Assembly: GCA_903813345.2 (NCBI GenBank)
Contig: CAIIXF020000001.1
Coordinates: 32,116,001 to 32,180,000, forward strand
Source: Owenia fusiformis
Taxonomy: Eukaryota
Length of the DNA stretch: 64,000 nt
Reading direction: 5' to 3'
The notes under the pieces: model-generated
Databases searched by the model: none
Seen by the model: the letters and a program-made list of their open reading frames with translations, nothing else
Told to the model about the DNA's origin: nothing
In this document: positions 38,018 through 47,729 of the stretch, in pieces
How the letters are laid out: the number at the start of each line of letters is the position of its first letter
Numbering within the stretch: position 1 is the stretch's first letter
Made by a program: the position numbers and the translations under genes

Positions 38018-40933
38018 ATGAGTTTTGAGGTTGAGACATTTTTAGAATCGCCCTCTTTGGAGGAATTTGATGATTTAAAGAAAACTGAACTTCTGGCAAT
38101 TGCAAAACATGTTGGCCTGTCAGTCAAAAGCTCATACAAAAAGGATACAATTAAAAACTTTGTACTTCAATATTTGGTCGCAGAATCACTTCTGCCTGAG
38201 CAGCCAGCCCAACATGTTGACCCTGTTGATCCTATTAAGCTTAAAGAGCTCGAAATAAGAGAGAAAGAGTTAGAAATTCAAAAAGAAAGAGAAATTAGAG
38301 AATTGAGAGAAAAAGAGTTAGAAATGCAAAATGAAAGAGAAAAAAGAGAAAATGAAAGACAAATGAGAGAACAAGAAATTCAAAGAGAAATTGAATTAAA
38401 ACGTCTTGAGATAGAAGCTCAATCCAAAACTGATGAACATGCTACTATGCATCAACATTTTGAAAATAGGTTTGACGCTTCAAAATTTCTCAAATTTGTA
38501 CCTAAATTTCAAGAGAAAAATGTTGATAAATACTTTACACATTTTGAAAAAGTCGCTCAGAGCCTAGACTGGCCTAAATCAGCATGGCCAGTTATGCTCC
38601 AGAGTGTATTCATTGGTAAAGCAAGTGAAATATTTGCCTCTCTCTCAGCAGAAGTATGCTCTGATTATGACCTAGTTAAAAATGCAATTCTTAAAGCTTA
38701 TGAACTAGTGCCAGAAGCTTACAGACAAAAATTTAGAAATGCCCACAAACAGAGTGACCAAACCCATGTTGAGTTTGCTAGAGAGCAAGAGCAGCTTTTT
38801 GACAGGTGGCTTGTCTCTAAAGATGTATCTGAAGAGTTTAAAAAGCTCAGAGAGCTTATGCTAATAGAACAATTTAAAAACTGTGTTCAGTATCACATTA
38901 GAACTTACTTAGATGAACACAAGGTAGAAACTTTAAGTCAAGCTGCTACCCTGTCTGATGATTATGCTCTTACTCATAAGGGTAGTTTTATCAAAGGTAA
39001 TCCTAACTCAAACTTTAGAGGTTATCAGGGTAACAAACCTTCATATGACTCTAAATCAAATCAGTCCTCATCATCAAATACATCAAACAAAGCAAAAGAC
39101 CAGTCTAATTCATCGTCGAGTTCTAGCTCAAAATCAGATCAATCAAATTCTTCAGGTCCAAAATCAAATGTCACCTGTAACTATTGTAAAAAGCCTGGTC
39201 ATCTTATTTCTGAATGCTATAGGATTAAGAATAGAAGAGAGATGTCTGGTTCTGCTCATTCAAATGGTTGTGCTACAGTTCCCATTTCAAGAAAGCCCAT
39301 TGTTTGGGATTCATATACTCATACTGAGAAATCTACTCATAGTGATATTATGGAGGATTATAAGCCTTTCATGTCCGAAGGATCTGTGTCACTGTCAAGT
39401 GATGGTACCAATTCAAAGCCAATTAAGATTCTTAGAGACACGGGTGCATCTCAGACTTTGTTATTAGAAGGTGTCCTTCCTTTATCTGAGGAGTCATTCA
39501 CAGGTACCCATATTTTGATGCAAGGCATTGAATTAGGTTTTACTAAAGTTCCCCTCCATCGTATTCATATCACATCAGAGTTAGTCAAAGGGCCAGTTAT
39601 TGTTGGTGTTAGGCCACAACTTCCTGTTGAAGGAGTCGCATTGCTTTTAGGCAATGATTTAGCTGGGGGTAAGGTATCATTAGACCCCATTGTTTCAGAT
39701 CAGCCTTGTTCTATTGAGGATTCTGTCCAAGAGGACTCTGATATATATCCTGCTTGTGCTGTTACTAGGGCTATGGCTAAAAAGTTAGCTGATAGCGGGG
39801 ATTCGTCTGTGGGAGATGACTTTGATAGTGGGTTTTTAAGCTCCTTGTTTGATGATGAATGTCACTCACCACTTGTTAAAGATGATCCTTATCCTATTTT
39901 AAAGGCAAATTCTTCATTGAAACAGCCTTCTGTTCGAGCCAAGCAGTCATCTATTGAGGCAAATTCTTCATTGAAAAAGCCTTTTGCCAGAGGTGATTCA
40001 CCTTCTGAGCAGGATCACTATTTTAATGCGGTTTCGCCCGCTCTTGCTAGTCCCGATGAAGTTTCATCTTCTTCTGCTAGTGTTCATGAGGTTTCATCTC
40101 CTCCTTGTTCTGAGGTTTCATCCTCTATTTCTGATAGTGATTCTTTGAAAAATGATCCTCATTCTAAACACATGTTAATTTATGAACAAGAGCATGATCC
40201 ATCACTCATTGATCTTCATAAAAGATGTCTTACTATTGATGAAGCTGACAAGGTCCCTGTTTGTTTTTACAAAAAGGATGGCATATTAATGCGAAAGTGG
40301 AGACCTCCTGAAGCTTCCCCTGAAGACGATTGGGCAATTGTACATCAAATTGTTGTCCCCAAATCGTATCATAAGGAAATTTTGAGTCTAGCTCATGATT
40401 CTCCCATGGCAGGTCATTTAGGAGTAACTAAAACATACCATAAAATACTCAATCATTTCTATTGGCCCAAATTAAAACAAGATGTCCAAGAGTATTGTAG
40501 GTCTTGTCATACATGTCAAATGGTAGGGAAACCTAACCAGAAAATACCAACTGCTCCTTTACCACTTATACCTGCATTTGATGAACCATTCAGTAAGGTT
40601 CTTATTGACTGTGTTGGTCCATTACCAAAAACAAAATCTGATAATCAATATCTGCTCACTATTCTGTCTATGGCCACACAGTTTCTAGAAATAAAATCAC
40701 TCCTTATGCTTAGGAATAGCAAAACCAAGTATATTGTGAAATCACAAATCAACAATTTCACATTAGTTGGGCTTCCAAAGGAGCTTATTTCCAACTTACA
40801 ATCTGACTCAGTGCTGAATGATTTCATTTGCATTGATAAAGCTACCCCTGTGAGGTGTAGAGAGTTACATATGATGAAAAGGTATGTTGAGCGTGATAAA
40901 ATTTCTTTACTCAACATGAGCTTGTGCTCTTAG
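38018..40933 (+). CDS. Gag-protease-partial integrase polyprotein (971 aa) with no RT or RNase H
   Basis: CCHC knuckle CNYCKKPGHLISEC, protease LRDTGA, integrase HHCC (AHD..GHLG..CHTC), start of the core (VLIDCVGPLP), then degenerate. Confidence 0.9.
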   Translation: MSFEVETFLESPSLEEFDDLKKTELLAIAKHVGLSVKSSYKKDTIKNFVLQYLVAESLLPEQPAQHVDPVDPIKLKELEIREKELEIQKEREIRELREKELEMQNEREKRENERQMREQEIQREIELKRLEIEAQSKTDEHATMHQHFENRFDASKFLKFVPKFQEKNVDKYFTHFEKVAQSLDWPKSAWPVMLQSVFIGKASEIFASLSAEVCSDYDLVKNAILKAYELVPEAYRQKFRNAHKQSDQTHVEFAREQEQLFDRWLVSKDVSEEFKKLRELMLIEQFKNCVQYHIRTYLDEHKVETLSQAATLSDDYALTHKGSFIKGNPNSNFRGYQGNKPSYDSKSNQSSSSNTSNKAKDQSNSSSSSSSKSDQSNSSGPKSNVTCNYCKKPGHLISECYRIKNRREMSGSAHSNGCATVPISRKPIVWDSYTHTEKSTHSDIMEDYKPFMSEGSVSLSSDGTNSKPIKILRDTGASQTLLLEGVLPLSEESFTGTHILMQGIELGFTKVPLHRIHITSELVKGPVIVGVRPQLPVEGVALLLGNDLAGGKVSLDPIVSDQPCSIEDSVQEDSDIYPACAVTRAMAKKLADSGDSSVGDDFDSGFLSSLFDDECHSPLVKDDPYPILKANSSLKQPSVRAKQSSIEANSSLKKPFARGDSPSEQDHYFNAVSPALASPDEVSSSSASVHEVSSPPCSEVSSSISDSDSLKNDPHSKHMLIYEQEHDPSLIDLHKRCLTIDEADKVPVCFYKKDGILMRKWRPPEASPEDDWAIVHQIVVPKSYHKEILSLAHDSPMAGHLGVTKTYHKILNHFYWPKLKQDVQEYCRSCHTCQMVGKPNQKIPTAPLPLIPAFDEPFSKVLIDCVGPLPKTKSDNQYLLTILSMATQFLEIKSLLMLRNSKTKYIVKSQINNFTLVGLPKELISNLQSDSVLNDFICIDKATPVRCRELHMMKRYVERDKISLLNMSLCS

Positions 40934-41607
40934 CTCGTAGGCCAAACTTGTATGTCAATGACAACTATACATGTATGTTATTCAAGAGTCAGATATTGTA
41001 AATTATAATGATTAACTCATGAAGACTATATTATATGATAGGCAAATTGTATATATGTGATAACTGTCACTTTATTTTAACAATACTGTATATAAAAACA
41101 TTTGCCTAAATAGTGAAATTGATATTATATGAACTATAAGATTGTATCTAGATTATGTGAGCATTATAGGTGATCATTAAATAGTGTCACAAGATTACTT
41201 GATAATATTAGATTGTACTATTAGAAATACTTATATAAGATCATGTGATAATTTAAAACATTGTACAAGTTTAGTGTTTGTCATACTCAAACATGTATGC
41301 TATTGTACAAGTTATATGATCTATTGCATGTATTGTATTTATGACTTGATGCATAAATTAGTTTGATACTATTGTAGTATGATACTATTGTAACACATTA
41401 TTACAGAACATTATATGTTATTAGTTTGTACTCACACTGTAACGATAGAAAGTATTGTATTATTTGTAAACATACTGCATATAAAAAAAGAATATGGTAA
41501 ACAAATGTTATGTAAGTCTCAACCTCACTTTTAGAAATTGTAATGCTCGCTACTCAAGCTAAGATATTATTGTAAAAGTTTTTCATTGCATTCAAAACTT
41601 TTCTTTT

Positions 41608-41618
41608 AAGGAGGGAGG
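41608..41618 (+). other. Polypurine tract
   Basis: AAGGAGGGAGG immediately before the 3' LTR. Confidence 0.85.
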
Positions 41619-42454
41619 TGTTACAGTAGTGAGCTACATATATATTATATTCTACTATATTCACCTATAGTTTAATTTGTAATCTATGCTTGCTGTATAT
41701 GTTGAGCTATTCTTCATTAGAGATCTTAGGTCAAGGTCACAATGACATTATACACTGTATCTTGTAAACATAACTGAACTGAATGACTCATTAACTCTTG
41801 GCCTTCTAGAAAGTACTGGAACTGTAATCATTTAATCAAGATTGAATCATGTGACTTAAGATGTCCAATCAGTGTTATTTTCTAGAAAAAGTAACTTCTT
41901 GAAGCATCTGGACTATGCCTTTGCACTATATAATGAGAGAGATGATTTGGGCTGTCAGCAGAATTTCAAAGTTGATCAAAAGGACATCTTCTTAGCAGAA
42001 AATTACAGACACCTACTTTGGGAACATTTATAACAGTGCAAACATACAACCTGAGGACTTTATATGGACATATATTACAACACTCACTATATACGGATTA
42101 TCATATACATTCGTGGATTATCATAAACATTTGTGGATTATCATCAAACATTTGTGGATTATCATCAAACATTATTGGATACGAACATTATAGGATTACA
42201 ACAAACATTATTGGATTATTACAAACATTGGAGAACTATGAACGATTATTGAAACATTTCGTGATCTGGAACATTCTCAAGGATCGTCAACGACATTTAT
42301 CGACATCAAGAATAAGCCGTATCATTGATTGGACATCACTTAAGTATTAAACCTCCTTTATATTATTGTTATATTATTTAGTTTTCAAAATATAAATATA
42401 TTGTTATCATATTTTAATTGCTGTTTTTACTTTCTGTTATTTTCGTACGTAACA
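41619..42454 (+). repeat. 3' LTR
   Basis: Direct repeat of 37070-37905. Confidence 0.95.
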
Positions 42455-42586
42455 TGATGCAAGATCTATTTAAGGTAAGACACACATACATCCATATATG
42501 ATGCAAGATCTATTTGAGATAAGACACACATACATCCATTTATGATGCAAGATATATTTGAGGTAAGACACACATACATCCATTTA
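42455..42586 (+). repeat. Continuation of the splice-donor minisatellite (about 3 units)
   Basis: Resumes in register after the TGAT duplication. Confidence 0.95.
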
Positions 42587-43371
42587 TTACTAAGGCACTC
42601 TCATTGCAATTTTACCTATTTATGATTCAGTACAATTCAAAGGTCACAATGATGTGTGGCTCATACAAAGGGGATATATATTTCTGATATTTTGAGCACT
42701 ACATCGTCGCATGAGAATAACTTTGTACTATCTCACATTTTTACGGAACTGAGAAATCAAGGTTTGAAAGTTTAGAGGTCTGTATCTTACTTAGTATTGC
42801 TATGTGAAACTTGATTTTTTGTATGTCACCTGGTCTCACCCTAGAGATATCTTATATGAAATATCATACCTTGAAACAATTTACAAGATCCTTTTTTAAA
42901 ACTATGGAAATGGAGTTGATACAATTTCCCACCGAAATAACAGCTTATTTCTAATTTCAAATTGTCATATCTGATATCAACTCTCTAAGAATTGGTCATG
43001 TGACTTGCAAAACTTGGAGTTATAACAATCTTATATTAAAACAAAGTATGCCAATATGTATGTTATTGTATCTAGAATGAAAAATAATGTTTTGCTTTGT
43101 AAAAAAATCTTCAAAAACCAAAGAATATTATTTAATAAAATAAAGAAAATTCAATTTATAAAACTTTAAAATCAATTTCTCAAATAAGTACAATTATTTC
43201 TTAATTTTGGAATCTCAGGACACCCTTCAAAAAGAATTTATTGCCTTTGAAACTAAGGCAGAAGTACAATGCATTGAAACCAATGATGCCAATACGGTCC
43301 CCCACATATTTCCCTCGGTATAAACCCTGTAGCCTAAACCTCCCAGCACATTACAATGTAGCCCCTAAGGG

Positions 43372-43821
43372 CCGGTCTGCTGGTCATTATCAGGTTATTT
43401 TTGATACAGACCAGTTGATTTTTTCACTGGGTATAGGAGAATAACATTGCAACTGGTCCATAATTCCATTTTGACCAGCAGGTTTCAGATCCTTAGGGCC
43501 TAAGACATAACCAATTTTTATTACATGCACATGGAAGAAATTTGAAAATAGAAAAATAATTTCTAATTCATTTTAGATTAATGAAAGTGATGAAACCGGT
43601 CCGCTGGTCATTATCAGGTTATTTTTGATACAGACCAGTTGTTTTTTTCACTGGGTATAGGAGAATAACATTGCAACTGGTCCGTAATTCTATTTTTACC
43701 AGCAGGTTTCAGATCCTTAGGGCCTAAGACATAACCAATTTTTATTACATGCACATGGAAGAAATTTGAAAATAGAAAAATAATTTCTAATTCATTTTAG
43801 ATTAATGAAAGTGATGAAACC
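43372..43821. repeat. 224-bp direct tandem duplication
   Basis: Units start at 43372 and 43596 and are nearly identical. Confidence 0.9.
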
Positions 43822-46461
43822 TCGATTTAGGTAATCATATTTTGTTCATTGGGATGCAGCTATCTTTATCCATTCATTTTCTGTTGTTTGCTACTCTGTG
43901 GAGTACAATTGGGAATTGAAGCAATTGTAGAAGTGGAGACTAAGAGTGGCTCTTTGTAAAGAAATTGAACCAATTTGTTACTTTTCCAAAATAAAATGTA
44001 GATGATCTAAAAACAATGATCCCAAAAATGCAAAAGAAAGGACAAATCTGAAAAAAACATACTAGTAATATAATAACTAAAAAGATCCAAGATGTTCAGT
44101 GAAAAGCGCAAAGTAAATCATAGATGAAGAGAAAATAAAATAAGTGTTTTAAGGGACTATACTAACATAAAGATAACTCCTTATTGATATAGTGTATGGT
44201 CAGTAAAAGTTAAAGCTAGTTTAAATTGATTTAGCTTTTTTCCACAAACTATAAAACATCATTTTGAAAGAGATTTCAATAGTATACAGACAGTGATTGC
44301 CTTTGAGCAATGTAGTGCAAAATATGACAGTTACTATTTGTTTTGATTACTATATCAAGTATATAACCTATTATTATGTACTCTATTTGAAGAAACAAAT
44401 AAATAGTCTTTCATTTTCAACATTTAATGATGACAGCTTCGTATATGCATTTCTATTGCATTTGGCCATTCAAACCCCTATAAGACCTGGTAGCAGGGAA
44501 GATAAAGGGTTCTTTTGACTGCTCACATGATCTAATTAACTGGTCATTTGTACTTTTCATCTTCCCTGGTAGCAAGGATTTAGGTTTTCGAGGAAATTAG
44601 TAATTCTATTTCATATCATGTGGCCATGAATAATCCAATGAGCATCCATAATACAAAGAGTAATTGAGGGCATATAATTTGAATATCATTCTGATTTATC
44701 AGAGTCCCTCTTTACCTAACGTTTTTGAGAGGGTTGAACTATGGGTCTGAACTATTCCAAAAGGATAGTAAAGGCTGTGGATCCCACAATGTTTGAATAT
44801 CCATGGGATTACACATACTGTATCATTTTATTTTTTTGATCTCCTTGTAATAGTTCTAAAACTAAAACATGAAAGGCCAGGCATGCAAACTGGCATGGTA
44901 TTGTGTTACAAAACAGTATTTCATTCTAGATACAATAACATGCATATTGGCATACTTCGTTTTAATATAAGATTGTTATAACGCCAAGTTTTGCAAGTCA
45001 CATGACCAATTCTTATAGAGTTGATTGGTTGAAACAGTTGATATCAGATATGACAATTTGAAATTAGAAATAACAGTACTGTCAACCCCTAAAGATTTTC
45101 TCGTGGGACAGATTTTTTAGACCCAGTGCCCAAAATTCGCGGGATTTTGCGGGACATCTACTAAATTCGCGGGATTTTGCGGGACATTTAAGGGATTTGC
45201 GTGATTGCGCTAATAGGAGATTTTTTTTTATCAAATTCCCGGGATTTCGCGGGACCATTCGAGGGACAAACACCCTAATTGCGGGACAGTTAACAGGTGT
45301 GCCACCAAAAACTTCATAGAGGGACAGATGTTTTAGACAAAGTGCCCTAAATTTGCGGGATTTCGCGGGACATCCACCTAAATTTGCAGGATGTCCCGGG
45401 ACATTCAAGGGATTTGCGTGATTGGGACTAATGTAAAAGCGTGTAGAAGTACTTAAATCAAACTTTCAGATACTGATTAATCAAATATAATGCACCGTTA
45501 CATTGTAACTTAAATAAACGTCAACACAATTTCACAAAATACGCATAGGAATATTATTAAACTTTATTGTAATTTATCAAAAACAAAAACCATGCTTCAG
45601 GTGTGATTACCGTAATCTAACACGAAATTCAAAAATTCGGAACAATACTTTGTACTTCTGGCGTCGTGACCAACTACGAAACGCTTACCCCCATAATGTT
45701 ATATATTAAAATGTACCTATTCATATACTGTAGGCATGGGCTTTCAATTGAAAGCCCATGATATAGGGGTTCGATTAATCTACATCAAATTATAGAGAAT
45801 GAGGTTAATTAAGATAGGGTTTGTATAAAAAACCGGGTACCGGGTAGTAAATCCTCCATGCTGGGTTCAAACTTGGTACCCGGTCGAAAAAAACCAAAAA
45901 ACGAAATATACGAATACACAACATAATTAGATCATTAGAAAACGTGTAAGATTTGTTTTGAATTTACAAAAATGTATGTAACTTCCTTCAAAATTGAGCC
46001 AGAAGCTTCAAATAAAAAGCATTTTAAGGCTCTTTTCTTCCTCTATCATCTTGGTCATATTTCCATTGGTAATGAAGGGGGGGGGTGCGATCGCACCCCC
46101 TCCTGGCTACGCCAATGACATTGTAAGACGATTTGAAAAACAAGACAAATCAATCTTACTCTATTTTCAATAGTTCGTATGCTGGTACGTGAATTGTTTT
46201 GATTATGATTTAAATCTGTAAATAGCTATCATTGCTTTAGCAGAGAGGTGACGTGTGTTAATTTACATGATGCAACGTGTAAGATTTTGATTATTAATCA
46301 TAATTTAAGTTATCCCAATTTATGACAAAATTTCCACTGAATTGTAAATTGTTATGTCTTACAATGTCATAGGCGTAGCCAGGAGAGGGTGCGATGGTGC
46401 ACCCCCCCCCCATAACCAATGAAAATATGGCCATAACGATAGAGGAAGAAAAGTGCCTTAA

Positions 46462-47220
46462 GGTGCTATGGAAGTTAACAGGAAATGACAAAACAGGAAG
46501 TGACAATTTTTTTTGCATTTTTAGATATTTTTTGAATAAAGATAACAGAGTTCTGGTTTGACCTCCAGTCAATTTAACTATTTCCAAATATCATTTATAT
46601 GACCAGGATCACAATGTGCATGGTCAGAATGACCCTAAACATGATGAAATAACCTTTTTTAGCCCTTTGAAAGTGTGACTGAAAAAAAGCTAAAAGTAGG
46701 AGCGTAGGGAAGGTCACTGAACAGAATCTTTTGAATTTTTCAGAAAATGTGCCCAATATATTGCTCTAAATGATACAATCTTTGAAAATTTGATATCATT
46801 CATAGAAAAAGAAAAAAAAATGAAAAAACTGATTTGAAAAGCGATCTATTTTCCTTTTTATGACCGCCATTTTTGTTTTAGACAATTTTCTAAAATTTCA
46901 AAGATTGTACTAGTTAGAGCATTATATTGGGCACATTTTCTGAAAAATTCAAAAGATTCTGTTCAGTGACCATCCCTACGCTCCTAGTTTTAGCTTTTTT
47001 TCAGTCACACTTTCAAAGGGCTAAAAAGGTTATTTCATCATGTTTAGGGTCATTCTGACCATGCACATTGTGATCCTGGTCATGCAAATGATATCTGGAA
47101 ATAGTTAAATTGACTGGAGGTCAAACCAGAACTCTGTTATCTTTATTAAAAAAATATCTAAAAATGCAAAAAAAATTGTCACTTCCTGTTTTGTCATTTC
47201 CTGTTAACTTCCATAGCACC
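46462..47220. mobile_element. Foldback MITE (Kolobok-like), copy 3, near-perfect palindrome with TTAA TSD
   Basis: TTAA|GGTGCTATGG..CCATAGCACC|TTAA. Same family as 12927-14249. Confidence 0.9.
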
Positions 47221-47228
47221 TTAAAATA

Positions 47229-47729
47229 CAGGCCTGTCAACTGTCCCGCAATCTGCGTATTTGTCACGCATTTGCTGAAGAATTTGAAGTCACGCCAGTT
47301 TTTTTTGCGTGACAGAAAATGTCACGCAAAATACGCATTTTACCTGGTAATTGTCAAGCAAAAATATTTCTGTAGAAATTTTTTCAAAATATGTTTACGA
47401 TACGGTAAAAATACGAACGCCGGAAAAAACCGAACGCAATTTGTTCGGATTTGTCACGCGAATCCTGTATGTGTCACGCATGTTCATTGGCAATTTTTCG
47501 TACCTCCCCCCCCCCCCCCCCCCCCCCCCCCGTTGACGACATCGCGAGCGTAGCGAGGGCGAAAAATTTGAGGTGTTCAAAGTTTGGCAAAGGTGCTCAA
47601 ACTTTGGCCAAAGGTGTTTAAAAGTTGGCCAAAGGTGTTCAAAATTTGGACAAAAGTGTTCAGATTTGGACTTAGGTGTCCAACATTTTGAAGTCACTCA
47701 TATTAGGTGGTCCCAAGTTGACAGCCCTG
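47229..47729. mobile_element. Short CAGG..CCTG MITE with 6-bp TSD AAAATA
   Basis: caggcctgtcaact / agttgacagccctg. Related fragment at about 31893-31976. Confidence 0.75.

Larger units (their letters stand above)
37070..42454 (+). mobile_element. Gypsy (Gmr1-type domain order) LTR retrotransposon, non-autonomous, 4-bp TSD TGAT
   Basis: LTRs 37070-37905 and 41619-42454 (TGTTAC..GTAACA, 836 bp), PBS, PPT and a single ORF. Confidence 0.95.

Noticed and set aside
38958..39467. 169-aa alternative-frame ORF in gag
   Set aside because: Shadow of a Ser-rich low-complexity segment with no recognisable motif.
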